This document shows, piece by piece, positions 24,411 to 37,667 of a DNA stretch of 64,000 nucleotides. Each line of letters opens with the position of its first letter. Position 1 is the first letter of the stretch. Both the position numbers and the translations under genes were made by a program. The notes under the pieces were generated by a model, which was not told the DNA's origin, ran no database searches, and worked only from the letters and a program-made list of their open reading frames with translations. This DNA is from Dicyema japonicum (lineage: Eukaryota; Animalia; Dicyemida), in assembly GCA_011109175.1 (NCBI GenBank), contig RDEW01000010.1, positions 1,020,796 through 1,084,795 on the forward strand, given 5' to 3'.

Positions 24411-26327
24411 TGTCACATGGGCGGCGCGTAACGCATGGGCAGCCTGTTACATTTTTTCGACTTTGAAAAGGTCTTTTGATTATCCGACATTATTATTATT
24501 ATTACTCCACAGGATCACTGAGTCAAAAAGAAAGAAATAAAAGTTCTCATCTAACTAAGTGATCCCAGACCGACAAAGGTGAGGATGAGTCCCTCATTGG
24601 ATTATCCGACATTTAATTTTATATATCCGATTTATATCGTGATTTAATCCTGTTAAATTAGTTTTTTATTCATAAATGTTATGATTATAAAGATTTTATT
24701 TTTTATAGCGGTAAACCTAGATTTCTAGCGTGATTTATAGCATGGAAGATTATTTTGTTGCAATGGCTTCTTACAAGGGTTTTGTGAAAGATTGATGATT
24801 TGCATGATAAATTTCCCGAAAATCTTCCGAGGCACCGAAAATATAGGCTTGTAAAGAAAATAGAGAATTTTTCTATTATCAATGACAGGTATTGTAAATT
24901 TTCAATAATTTTAGACTGTATCTTAAATCAACTGATCCCAAGTTAGTCATATCCCTGGATAATGAAACCGAAATGGAGCATGTTGCGAAATCGTTGCACG
25001 AGTTTTCACACGGAGGAGTCAATAAAATTGAGTATGAATGTCGACAAAGATACTTCACTGTAAAGAATGAGATTATCAGAAAAGTCATTCGAAATTGTGA
25101 AGTCTGCAAATTTTCGCGTCCTTTAAAAGTTCGTGATTTTTTATAATTGTAGATTGGAGATATAAATCACCATTTGTATGCTTTTCCAAATGAACGTTTT
25201 CAGGTAGATCTAATAGACCTGAAAAAATTTTCAACATTAAATGAAAATTTCAAATGGATTTTAACGGTCATTGACATATATAGTAGGCTGGTTTTTTTTA
25301 ATTTATAGATTCGCTTTTGTACGACCACTCTATAATAAGTCTGGTAAAGAAGTATGTGAAAACGTAAGATCTTTGTTCCGCCTGAATGGGTCATGTAAAT
25401 TTCTTCAGTCGGACAATGGTTCTGAATTTAAAAATCAAAAAATAACAAAACTTTGCGAAGATTTTAACATTAAGCAAATTCACGGAAAGTCTAACAATAT
25501 ACGAGCACAAAGAATTGTCGAAAGATTTAATCAGACGATCACGAGGAAGTTGTCAAAAATGCTGGATAACAGTGAAAAAAAGTGGCTTGATAAATTAGAA
25601 AGTGCAGTCACAGTTATAACACATCGGTCCATTAATGTTCTAACGAAAGTCCTTTCGAAAGATATCGAGGAATTAAGGGAATAAATTCAATAATTAATGG
25701 TTATACTTATATCACATTATGACTTAGATAATTTAAGTGATGAGTGTGCGATTCAAGAACAAATTGACGATTTGGTTAATTGTTCGACTCCAGAATCTAT
25801 TGAAAATTCACGTAGTTTGATTTAAAAAATTTATATCTAGATAATTCCCAGTCAGATAATTCGTGTCCGAATGCGAAGAGATTCAACTTCGAAATTAAAT
25901 CGATTGAAGAAAATTCGAATTATTACAAAGCTATGAACAGGAAAATGAATGTTCATAATAGTAAATATACTTTTAACATGGGAGATAAAATGTTAATCAA
26001 AAAACATTATAAATAGGTTCGGGCTAAAAAGGACTTTGGAACAAATCCCTCATTGCGACTGGATAAGTTTGAGTCTCAGTATTATCCAGTTGCAGAAATA
26101 ATTAATATTTTATCGAATAATCGCGTGGAGGTAGTTTTAAATAGTTTAATTTGATAGATAAAAAATTCGAAATGAGAAATATCAACTGTATTAATGAGTA
26201 GACTAAAAAAGTTACTTAAATTTAATTTTTTGTGGTTAATAAATCATTTATAAAATTAATTGAAGTTAATCTTGGTTCAAGGTTAATGTAACAGGCTGCC
26301 CATAGGTAACGCTTGGCCCATGTGACA
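24411..26327 (+). mobile_element. Ginger-type (integrase-like DDE) DNA transposon
   Basis: 41-bp TIRs TGTCACATGGGC...CCTGTTACA (24411-24451) and its near reverse complement (26287-26327), TSD TAATT, HHCC zinc motif, FQVDLID, QSDNGSEF and VERFNQTI motifs, and tiny introns. Confidence 0.88.
24492..24599 (-). mobile_element. 5'-truncated short retroposon inserted in the Ginger element
   Basis: (TAA)n tail and 14-bp TSD GATTATCCGACATT (24478-24491 and 24600-24613). Homologous to 8590-8690. Confidence 0.85.
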
Positions 26328-27138
26328 TAATTGCTGGATTAGTCGCAAGCATTCGTTTAGACTAAAATTGTTAGAATTAATAATTTACCTGACGATAAAC
26401 ACATTTAGATACCACAGTAACCACTTCACTACGTCTTGGACCAAATGGTGAGTGACAATAAACTACATGTTTTATCACTTCCAAAGTGATTTAGATTATG
26501 TTGAGCCTAATTTAAATCCACAAATATACAACTTCAATGTATTTTTGTTATAATTCAGCTTCCTCAATACAAAGAATCGAAACTCTCGACCATTTTAGTG
26601 ATTTAGGCCGCGGAATCTATGAAACTGAAACTTTGAACACATCGTTTGATTTTTGCCCTTTCTCTTCAGTCAATGAATTCATCTAGTTGTCACGATTCAC
26701 TGAAAATCTTAATTTTTTCAATTGCTTCTCAGTTAATTCCACTAGAACCATATTTTATAATTGATATTTTCAAAAAAACTATACATAATAAGTTTTATTT
26801 TTTATTATTAATAATTTCTTCAAATGAAATGTTTTCTAAAAAAATAGTTTTTTCGTATTTTGAGTATTGACCTCCCAGCTCTGGCGTCTCTCAGATCTGG
26901 ACTATGACAATGTTCGCGCACTGAAATCAAACTAAGCCATATTCACATGATTTTTAAATTTTGTGGAAAGCCGGCAGAAACATGAAGATCTTATAAATCT
27001 CAACACAAATTGATTATGGTAACTCACATCTGTTTTTCCACTAAAGATTTTTCACTTAGAAGTAACCATATAACGACAGATCAGTGATCTTAAGCTCATC
27101 TTACCTTGGATTGGCGCATAGTTATGACCACCCAGATT

Positions 27139-27403
27139 ATTATTAATTCCTGATACACCGGAGAAAGTTAACAGTAGCAGTTTCCACTCTTACAGAAAAA
27201 GAGTCATTCAACGTCATACAAGTCCATACAAAACCAGCATAGAAGGTAAAAGACGTCCATTCCTTGCAGTTGTGGAAACCCCTCCAGTGGAGTAAATGAT
27301 TCTTTTGGATCATATGACCCCACTCTGATAGGAAAGAGAAGAGGAGGAACAGGCAAAAACAGAAATATTCAATCAATTAGCCACATAACACCACATGGCG
27401 CCA
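27139..27403 (-). mobile_element. Near-complete unit of the structured short retroposon family
   Basis: Head TGGCGCCATGTGGTG shared with 41100-41116, core CTCCACTGGAG, conserved 3' end and (TAA)n tail. Confidence 0.65.
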
Positions 27404-27867
27404 GATTGTCAAAAATATTTATTATTCTAAGACCGAATAGGTCTATTATCCACGATTATCTCCACATTGAGGCCCAAGTCAATATGATGTTATACACTCA
27501 TATCCATATATAGTAGCCTGTTAGTGATCAATCAATTAAGTATACTAATTAGGTTTGAATTAGTTCTCCCCTTTCTTAGATATTTGAATTTGGCTGGCAT
27601 CAGTAAATCCAAGTCCGCACTTACCCAACGTCAAGTGTCCTTTTTTAGAGGCTCTTACACAATCTTTCAAGAATACGTATACTGGAAACACGGGGAGGAC
27701 TTAATGTGGAAAACTTCGACTGTAGAAGGTCAACTTTTAGTTTTTAGTCAGTAGTGTTTATAAAAAATTGAATAAAGCATACGCGCTAAAAACGGTGTAT
27801 ATTGAAATTTTTCAAATATTCATGCACATTACGTTCGATTTAAAAGAGCTAATACTTGGGGGAAGTA

Positions 27868-28291
27868 ATGTTCGATTTATTCATATCAATGATTGCTATG
27901 ATATTAAACAACCGCGAACTACGTATCGCAGAAGAGAGATCTCGGGCAAGTTTAATTATATTTTTAATTAACCGAAGGATGCGAGAGAACAGCTGGTTTA
28001 CTTGAGATAGAATATTGGGCGTGGGCGGATGTGTACAGATATGTAAAAATGGGAATCAATCAAGTCCAAGATCGATTTGGAGATATCTGTCCTGATGAGT
28101 ACAATAATGTAATGCATTATGTCACATTCTGGATACATCTTAGACTCAATGAAACACATAGTGGAGATAATCAAAATTCTCGTTGTGGACAAATTCCATT
28201 AATTCGTCTAGCGAATACATTACTGGAAAAAAACCTCAATTCCACGAATATTAAGTTGAAGCTGTACTTGGACTGCGTTTTAATTAATTAA
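27868..28291 (+). pseudogene. Secreted 4-Cys family, copy 1 (splice sites decayed)
   Basis: MFDLFISMIAMILNNRELRIAEERSR is followed by an intron-homologous 26-mer that reads GC...AA and is 1 nt out of phase. Exon 2 (ORF 28031-28291) keeps the Cys pattern. Confidence 0.7.
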
Positions 28292-29580
28292 CGAACTAAT
28301 CATGCTTTTACTTTCCTGATTAACACCGATATTAATAAATTCTGTAATCCGATAGGACATCGCCTGCATCGACTCTCTATCTCCTGCTAATATAATCAGG
28401 AAAGCGGTGAGGGCATTATCCCCCAAAAGGCAGAGAAGGGTAAGGGGAGGAAATACCATGAGACAACCGATGGATAAACAGAAAGTTTTTGATTTTTCAA
28501 GAGACTGGGACGGCTGACTACAATCAGAAGCCACGACGTCCGAGAAACCCAGTAATTCCACTAATTGATCTTTATTACTACCGTGAAAGGCAATGGAGTG
28601 ATTGGAAGACAGTTCCTTTTCATGTTCATCGTGGTAGAAATCTTGGGTTACTTATCGCAAAATCTCTCACTCTTTTAAATGATGTACATGGTTAGGGAAG
28701 AAGGAACAGTTTCAAAGAAGGACGACTGATAGAGCCCATCTCCACAAAAATCATTGAGAAGTACCTCCACTCATCTCTGTAGAAAAATCCGATCGGGATT
28801 GAAATTTATGGACAAATCGGTTTTCTAGACGAACCGGATTTCTATCTTCCTCACAGACGATGAGGAATCAGGTCGTAGCTTTAATAAGTAGGGGAGAGAT
28901 TGATGATCCAGTTGGTGGGCCCAGCATACGGATAGTTGTTTGATAAAGCATGTTGAGTCTGTTGATCAAAGTCTCAGATAACGAGGATCTCCACACAACA
29001 GGGCACTATTTTTGGTTGCTACTGTTAATTTTTCCACATTTTCTTTAGAAAAAGTTGTTCAACAACAGTTTCAAATTTAGGCGTATTTTTGAGGAAAAAA
29101 TCTTCTCAATGGGAAGTTTCCTAGGAAATGTGTCGAATTCTGTCAACGGAGACGATTGTTGTACGCATGTTAGGTAAAGCTGCATTAAAACTTAAATTTG
29201 AGTGCAGTCAGGGAATTAACCGATTGGAATATACACATTAGTCAGTGCTGCCTACGAACACGGTTTGAACCAGTTATCTCCCTTTCTCAGATATTTGGTT
29301 GACATCAGTAAATGCAAGTCTGTGTTTAACCAATGTCAAATATCCCCTTTCAAATGCTCTGACCTGATCTTTCCGGAGTACATAGTATACCGGAAACATA
29401 GAGTGTAGACTGAAATGGGAAAGTTCACTTTGAGTTTCTCAATCGAGGAGTGTTTCTGTAAACATTAAATAAGCCAGACGCGGTAAAATTAATTCTCGTC
29501 TGAGATCTCACGATTCGACGAATCTCAAAAATTCATCCACATTACGTCCGGTTTAAAAGAGCTAACACTTTCGGGGAGTA

Positions 29581-30092
29581 ATGCTTTATGTATTTGTATC
29601 AATGATTGCTTTAATGTTAAATAACCGCCAAATACGTATCGAAGAAGAAAGATTACGGAGTAATTTTAATTTTTTAATTTATTTAAATTTAAACCAATAA
29701 ATAATTAATAATTAATTAACACAGCCATCCATCCAATTTTAATTATATTTGTCAATAAAAAAATAAATTAATTAAAAATTAAATTAATAATTAGATGAAA
29801 ATTGTGAAAGAACAGCTCATGCACTTTTGGTGGAACGTTCATCATGGGAAGATGTATACAGATATGTAGTACTCGAGTGAACCAAATCCATGCGGAAATA
29901 GAATACTTTTGTCTTGATGAATATAATAATGTGATTTCTTATGCAACCTTCGTGCCACGTGTTGAACTTAATGGAAGTTCCTACTGCGAACAAGTAACAT
30001 TACTTCGTTTAGCCAATACATTAATTGTAAAAAACCTCAATGCAACGACTAATAAATTAAGGCAGTACGTGGACTGTGTCTTAGATTACTAA
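29581..30092 (+). pseudogene. Secreted 4-Cys family, copy 2 (1-nt frameshift, expanded intron)
   Basis: Exon 1 reads MLYVFVSMIALMLNNRQIRIEEERLR, then a 135-nt GT-AG intron 29660-29794. Exon 2 has a frameshift near 29868, and ORF 29844-30092 carries the homologous C-terminal part. Confidence 0.72.
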
Positions 30093-30988
30093 CAAACTAT
30101 TTGTCCTTTCCTAATAGTATTATGTTATAAAATACTAAATTTGTTATTTGTGTATCTGTTCGTTTACATATTTGGATAAATGAATCAAAAATCAAATTTG
30201 GAGAAACTTTTTACTTTGAGAGATATACTCTGTGAACGTAAGGCGGATAGAGCGCCTGTTGGAACTGACGTGTCACTTTCCGCAAATCTGAAAACTCGAA
30301 GTCCAATTGTTGTGGATTCGATCCAATACGAATTTGTGCCATTGAAGTGCACACGTTTCTGTTTGGGTCAAGATTGGAGGCCTCTACGTGCTCTGAGAAA
30401 ATTGAAAAGTTCATTTCTGAGTCGAGGTTGCATTGGGAGTTAAACATGGAGAATATAAGCTATGGGTGTTCTTGGAGTTTTTCTTGTCTCCTCAAACAGG
30501 TTACTTTGTAGAGCACCCAGTTATACGGAAGATATTAGGAGTGATCATATACCGCAAGACTGAACAGTAATTTTGGGGTAGGGAGAACTGCTGATGTTTT
30601 CCTTGGAGATGAGCAGATGGAGTCACTATAAGACGTTCATTCATGTGGAGAGCTGAGAAAAGTAACAACGACTAATGATATTAATCGTTTAAATGCCCAT
30701 ATTATTAACTTCTTAAAACTGTCTGGCACGTGTTCCGAAGAAAGTCATACTTCGGAAAATACAGCGAAGATTTCATATCATGATAAATCGCGGAGAGATA
30801 GAGTCCGACGTTGTGCTGACACTAAAGATTGCAACACCTTAACAGGCAAGATATCTTAAGAAAATTAAAATTTTTTATTTTCAAATTATTTTGTGTTTTT
30901 CGCGTTTAATTGCAAACAAAAAATTGCAAATACTGAGCTTTAGGTTATTCTTAAAGATAACTTATCCAAAACCTGAAAAAATTAATTG

Positions 30989-31040
30989 GAGGCCATTTTG
31001 AATGGAGGCCGTTTTGAATGGAGGCCATTTTGAATGGACA
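30989..31040. repeat. 16-bp tandem repeat, three copies
   Basis: GGAGGCC(A/G)TTTTGAAT repeated three times; probably transposon subterminal repeats. Confidence 0.75.
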
Positions 31041-31089
31041 CGATTTTAAACCGTTGATATTTCGTCATTTCAAAGATTTAATGTAACAT

Positions 31090-32420
31090 ATTTTCATTCA
31101 ATATTGATTTCTTCACATTCGCAAATATAATCCATCGTTTTCAAAATTGGATCGCGCAAACATCTACCTTGAAGCGGTTTCGTCATCCAATAATGTCTCA
31201 GTGAGGTACATGGTAATGCCTTGAGCCATGCACCACTTTCGTTCGTGGATGCAGAAGTCAGATGATGATGGTCTACTTCAGTTTGAGCATAAAAGCTTGT
31301 CAAACTCTCGTTGTTTATTAGGTTCTTCAGAAATCCCACACTTAGTCACGTCCAGACTTCCGAGCCGTGCATGCCAGTAGTTCAGCGTCTGACCCGTTAA
31401 TTTAGCGTAGGATCTGGCGTGTAAGACCACTGGAAGGATATGTCGAAGATAGAAAGGCCGGGGAGGGAGAGTTCTAGTAGTGAGTTTATTCCGATTCCTC
31501 CGTAGCGAAGCGGTAGTTTGTATTGGATCCAGTAATTTTTATCAAAATGTTGAGTGTTTATTCAATGGCAGTCCTCAACTTCTCGTCGATGGCTCTTAAG
31601 AGTTCATGTCATAGAAACATGGGGCTGTTCGTAGAAGAAAAAAGAGTAAGGTGAAAATTCCTGAGGAAAAATAAAGACGTGTGGGAGTCCAGAGTTTTTA
31701 ATAGTTGAACGGATGCAATTTTCTCTTCCATGAGAGTCGACATATTACTGCCATATAGAGGAGATTTGAGAAAAATTCGCTTTTCGAGTCTGGTGACTGA
31801 GACGTCCTGGAGATAGGATGAAATCGTAGTCAATGCATGGTTAAAGTTGTCCTTTCCACAAGAAACGTTATGATTTCACCTTTTGACGGATTCGGTTCCA
31901 ACCCAAGTTCTTCAAGAGCAGAGATGGCGGACTCCACATCTGCCACCACAATTTCCAAATTCCCCCGATGGTCATATCACCATAAGTTCATTGGGGTTCT
32001 GTTTGATTAAGTCTTATTATCGATGCCCAAGGCAAAAAGTAGGAGGCTTGTTGGATTCCAGTCTTAAATTCGATGGTATGTTGTCCTAAGATCAGCGTGA
32101 ATGGGGTACCATATGAGAGTTTCACCATCCTGATAATTTCCAAAATCCTGGAGATGATATCTTCTATGGTTAACAGTATCGTATTTAGAGGCATTTTCTC
32201 GATGATTGATTTGAGGTTTCCTTTCTTTCAGTTCGTTTGGATGTGATCCGAGGAGAAGAGGTGCAAAGCAGAGAAGACGAATCCAGGCTCTTAAGTATTG
32301 TCATCGACTGCCCTGGTGATTAGCTTTGAAAGACAGGAGGCAGCTATTAGACACGTCGATCTTGCGATCCTAAGTGAGGTCCACTTTCGGTTCATTGTCG
32401 TTCGTTCTGTTGGTAAGGTT
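31090..32420 (-). mobile_element. CRE-like retrotransposon remnant
   Basis: RT remnants, LPLRYGGIG and SGAWLKALPCTSL motifs. Confidence 0.8.
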
Positions 32421-32689
32421 TACCATTTTTATTCTCAGACTCAAAAGCGGCCCACTAGACCAACTCAACACGTTTTTGTGTATATATTAAATTCAAATTA
32501 TATAAATTTCTAATATCACGATCTTCATACACAGTAGCTAACATATCAAACATTTTGGAGAAGACAGGTAGATATTTCCCAAACGTCTCTGGATCATTGA
32601 ATAATTGTTAATTTTTGCGTTCATGTGAATATTAAACAAGCCATACGAGCTAAAATTAATTTTCATCTGTGATCTCGCAATTTTATGAA

Positions 32690-32747
32690 TTTCAAATATT
32701 TATGCACATTGCGCTTGATTTAAAAGAGCTAATACTTTCGGGAAGTA
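32690..32747 (+). promoter_or_regulatory. Conserved proximal promoter of the secreted family
   Basis: A block TTTCAAATATT(C/T)ATGCACATT...GAT(T/A)TAAAAGAGCTAATACTTTCGGGAAGTA-ATG is conserved, with more divergence in copy 5 and the 40.7 kb copy, before all copies. A TATA-like box starts ~29 nt before the ATG. Confidence 0.65.
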
Positions 32748-33160
32748 ATGCTCGATTTATTTATATCAATGGTCGCTTTAATATTAAATAACCGCCGAAT
32801 ACGTAGGGCAGAAGAAGAATTACAAAGTAAGTGTATTTATATTTTTAATTAGATGAAAGATGCGAAATAGTAGCTCATACACTTGAGGTCGAAAATTCAA
32901 CATGGGACGATATATACAAATATATACTAAGCAGAGTTAATCAACTTCACACACAATTTGTCGATTCGTGTCTTAATGAATATAATAATGTAACTTATTA
33001 TGCGACATTGGCGTCACATGTCGAACATAATCGAGAAAATCAAAATTCTTACTGCGAACAAGCCACATCACTTCGTTTAATCAATACATTATTCATAAAA
33101 AACCTTAATACAACGACTAATAAGTTTACGCAGTATGTGGATTGTGTTTTAGATGACTAA
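32748..33160 (+). CDS. Unrecognised secreted 4-Cys protein family, intact copy 3 (128 aa)
   Basis: Exon 1 32748-32826, 26-nt GTAAG..TAG intron 32827-32852, exon 2 32853-33160. Protein: MLDLFISMVALILNNRRIRRAEEELQNERCEIVAHTLEVENSTWDDIYKYILSRVNQLHTQFVDSCLNEYNNVTYYATLASHVEHNRENQNSYCEQATSLRLINTLFIKNLNTTTNKFTQYVDCVLDD. AATAAA lies ~37 nt after the stop. Missed by the ORF track. Confidence 0.85.
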
Positions 33161-33238
33161 CAAGCTAATTGTAATTTTCTGATTAACGTAGTTATCAATA
33201 AATTTTGTGTCTGTCTGTTATCAATATTAGATTATAAG

Positions 33239-34960
33239 TAGGGCAACCAGAAAATTGCAATTTTTAAAATGGAAATTGCAAATAAAATTTTTTTAATTGT
33301 AAAAAATTGCAGTATGGAAAAATAAACGAAATCAATTAATGGATTGGACTTAATTTGGGACTCCCGAAGAACTTCAACTTCAACAAACAACGAGACTGGA
33401 ACGAACTTGTATGTTCGAGGACCATCGATGAGCTAAAACCACAACTCGACCAGCATCGTCTGACTTGTCTGGCTACCGCATCAACAAACGTAAGTGGTGC
33501 ATGGCTCAAAGCATTCCCGTGCATTTCACTCGGAACTTTTCTGGACGATGACTCCACGAGGATTGGGGTTTGCGTCCGCCTCGGAATCGATGTTTGCGCA
33601 ATCCATGCGAAAGGACTCCACGCACTTTCCTGCCGAAGGAGCGCTGGAAGGAGCCTGAGACATAGTGCAATCAACAAGGTTATTGCGTGGGGACTAGAAG
33701 CTGCCGGATTCCCTGTCCAGATGGAGCCCCTAGGACTTTCCACGGCAAACAGAAGGCTGGATGGAGCGACTCTGTTCCCGTGGGATGCTGGGAAGTACCT
33801 GGCCTGGGATGCCACCTGCGTAGATAGCTTCTCCCCTTCCAATATTACAATGAGTGCGACAAATCCAGGCTCAGCTGCAGAGAAAGCAGAAATACTTAAA
33901 GCAAAGAAGTACACATGCCTCGGCGAGCATTACACATTCGAACCAGTCGCAGTCGAAACTTCGGGAGTCATAGGAAGCAGGTCGTTAGCCCTGCTCAACC
34001 AAAATTGGATCGTTAGTCGCTAAAAAAGGAGGGATGTCAGAGAGAAGGTGGCTCATTGAGAGCGCATCTCTTAAAGATCGTAAGGGGAAATGCGCTCTCA
34101 ATCCTGAGAGCAACCAGTAGCCTTTAACTATTTGGTTTTATTCTTCAATAAATTGTAATTATTTAAAAAATTAATGTAATACGAAATTAAATATTCCTGA
34201 ACATTTTCAAAGTTTCGATTTTTAGAAAGAATTTTCGTCAAAAAAGATATCCCTTTCAACTGAAACTGAGCTTCCGCAACAATTTCGAAAATATGAGTAA
34301 TTTTCTGGCTAAATATTTTTATTTGGGAAAATCAAAAATACTTAAATCTCATAAGATCAGATCTGCATAAGATTTTTCAATTGAATAATCGAGAACCAAT
34401 AGTTTGATTTATTTCGGTTAAACTTGAAAACCACGTGTGAATATTAACTGATTCTTTTGCATAAAATAATTAAAAATCGAAACATTTTTGATTGAAACTC
34501 CATCTCCTTCAAAATCAGAGACAATTTTAATATTTTCTGGAAGATTTTGGGGTATTATATGGCTGCTTTTTGCCAGCTTGACTTCTTGTGAGAATTTCCT
34601 AAGATGAATTTCCTATTTTTGAGAACATTTCACAGCGTCTTTTGTTCTTCACCGTGGCAGCCTTTAAAGAAGAAATCAGGTTATCAACATCTGTGAAGTA
34701 GGATTTTATTCTTTGTGTAATAGATGTGAAACAAAAGTGACGTGGGAAAGATTTGGATATAAAAATTTCATTGAGGTCCCAGCTAGAGTTAGATTTATTC
34801 TACCACTTGTCATATCTTGAAGACAAACTTTTCACGTGCATCTGTGACGAATAAGACGAACTTTTCACGTTCAAATGAAAATTCTCATTATTTCATCAAC
34901 TTCAACACTAATTGTTAAGTGGTAGGCGGAAAATGTAGGTAGTTACACGATACGAGAAAC
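33239..34960 (-). mobile_element. hAT-like transposon remnant (TAGGGCAA end), interrupted by a CRE insertion
   Basis: TIR TAGGGCAAC at 33239. Minus-strand IKSYFTDVDNLISSLKAATVKN and CCGSSVSVER motifs. Confidence 0.65.
33340..34150 (+). mobile_element. CRE-like retrotransposon 3' part (best-preserved copy)
   Basis: ORF 33355-34023: [42 protein letters not shown] and PVAVETSG. Confidence 0.88.
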
Positions 34961-35039
34961 AATTATAGCATTTTTTAAAACTTTTTTTAACTTAAAAAAA
35001 AACAATTATTTCCGTTTTATCTTAAAAGGTTAATTCTAA

Positions 35040-36350
35040 TAAAAATGTCTTCTATCCAATTCCTCTTCGAGGAACTAAGGAGTAAACCCAATTGTCACAG
35101 TCCTTCTCCTTTTCCTCAATATATATTGTCATCACTTCGCTCACACTCTTCTCTTGAATTTCTTCATAATCAGACCGAGAGTAAATATCCTTTACCACTT
35201 CATTAAGTTTATCATAACGTTGCGAAACGTCGACTTCGTTCATATATGACACAGTCATACTCTACAAAGTCTTCTTGATTACCACGATTCAACATACGCA
35301 TACGTTCTTTCACTTTTATTCACAGATCTGGCACTTCCACGAATGTAAAGTCACTAGGCCATCCCAAGTGAGTACAATTGGGACAATCTTGACCTCTGCT
35401 TGGTGTATCAACTCCAGCTCTTTGGAAAAAAAGTCATAATCCCTCAGCTTTTCGCATTCCACCTGCTGTAGATTTTGGGAAGATGTTGCTCCTACTTCGA
35501 CCAAGGTAATTTTGTTTCCCCTTTTATCAAAAACGAACAGGTCTGGCTTGTTATGCTCAATGATTACATCCGTTTTGATTAAGGTCAACTCTGATTTTAA
35601 CTGAGTTTTCATTACAATGGATTGCACTGAATGAGTCATCAGTTACTTCTCGTTTTTGAGACCAAATTCTCTGCAAAAGTGGAAATATAGACACCGCTTG
35701 ACTACGTTATGTCTTCTTGCATAATCCCCATGCAACATCTTTTCACAGCTTGATGATCCACGGTCTTCTTCCATTTTTTACAATGGGTGCACATTGCATT
35801 TTGTTCTCCAAAGAACAAATTCCTATCTTGAATAAGGCAGAATAAGGCTTCTGACCTTGGGGAGTTATTCCCTTTTAGAAGCCAATGAGAGGAATGCTCC
35901 ATATTCACATTATCCTACAACAAATTCTTATAAATAACGAAATGAAGATTCTTCACTCTTATTTGATTCATCATTAACCTTCTTTTGCATGTTCGATATA
36001 AATTTTATATCCAACTCAGAAGTGTCGCAAACAGAATACTAATGCTTAGAAATTCTTCGATTAATGCCAAATGTGTTTTATTCCGAAATTTCGGCTTGAA
36101 GAATTGTGGCACTTCTACTGCAAACAGTACTTCTGAGTTTCAAATCCTGAAAAAATTCATATAACATCTTCTCACTTAGAAGAGAGATTGAGTGTAGCCC
36201 TCTCCCAAGGTATTTCCTCGTTAAATAAAGCCTCTGCTTGCATGCAGGTTTGAGATGGAATCGATGTTTAATCAATATGGTGCGGATAGCTGAGTCAATC
36301 AAGTCGTATTCATATGGTTCCATATTAATGAGTCCGATATAATAGTTATA
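35040..36350 (-). mobile_element. R4/Dong-like RLE retrotransposon 3' part
   Basis: RLYLTRKYLGRGL, CTHC zinc knuckle and HNKPDLFVFDK...VEVGAT motifs. Confidence 0.85.
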
Positions 36351-37667
36351 TAAAGAAAAAAGTTTTTTTAATTATTAAAAAAATTTTTGAAAAATAATTG
36401 CAAAAGTTTCAATCATTGACTAAAATTGCAAAAAATAGCAATTTTAAAATGAAAAAAAATTATTTATTTAAGTTACATAGATAATTAATAATTAATTAAC
36501 ACAGCTATCCATTTAAAGTGGACCTCGCCGACATTTTTGGTCTTGCGTTGCCTTCATGATTGCAACAAAGATCAACTGGAGAAGCCACCGGGTTTCACGT
36601 GAGTCGTGGCTATTTAGTGTAGTTAGGCGTTCAAGTTTCTTTAGAAAGCGAAACGATTTTCCACTTTGGCATCTCCACCAGACTTGGATTTGAGATTTAC
36701 GGACTCACAAATGCTGGTGTCGATTGTTATGGACACCATGCCCTCTCGAGTCGAAGAATTGCAGGAGGATTCCCAAGACACAAGGCGATAAACGGAATTT
36801 CCAAGCGAGCCTTGGAGTCTGAGAGATACCCCGCAATACTTGATTGAACCTGTTGGCCTGGAAAAAATTTTTTAAGCATTGACTGGATATAGTTGAAGAT
36901 TTCAAAAAAGAGTCTTTCGGGGTTGCGACCTGATCTTGCTTCTTTTCAAAATCTTAAGGCCGATTTCTCGAAATCAAATTCATTAGAATTCAAAAAAAAT
37001 TTATTTAGTAAAGAAACAATCAATCCGACGGTCATACGGTAGCCAACCTGACTGCGTGGCTATTCTTTTTTCAGGATACTAGCGATATTCACTCTAATTG
37101 CCAGGAGCGCTCGCGGATGTGTATTTAGAATTAATCTGAAAAGTGAACATTGATGTGTGATTTATAAAAGCGGTTTAAGATGCTTTTCCCAAACTGTTTC
37201 GATTTCTCTTCGTCGCCCTTAAATCGTTTATTTGGATGAATCGCCTATGAATAGATTTTCACGTAATTTTGTGTTTTTGTGTGTCAAAATAATTTATTTT
37301 TAAGCATGCGAAAGCAAATTTTAATGAATTCAAAAAGTGGAGCTAAAACAGTCAGGAAAACCAAACTACGGTCAGTTAACAATGAATTAAAAATATTTAT
37401 AATAAATTCAAATTATATAAATTTTCACCATCACGATCTTCATACATCATACCATAAACAAACACTACGGGGAAGACAAGATATTTCCCAAAACGTCTCT
37501 GACTCACTGAATAAAGATAATTTTTTTAATTTTTGAACGTTCATGTGAATATTACACAAGTCATGCGCTCTAAAATTATTTCGCACAAAAGATCTCGCTA
37601 TTAGATGAATTTCAAATATTCATGCACATTACGTTTGATTTAAAAGAGCTAATACTTTCGGGAAGTA

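Noticed and set aside
33336-33914. Long antisense ORFs (33336-33914, 42326-42859, 55864-56241 and others)
   Set aside because: Shadows of the opposite-strand retrotransposon ORFs.
35040-36350. Microsporidian origin suggested by tiny introns and R4-like/Merlin elements
   Set aside because: Axin, junctophilin and the ciliary genes ARMC3 and MAK are incompatible with microsporidia.
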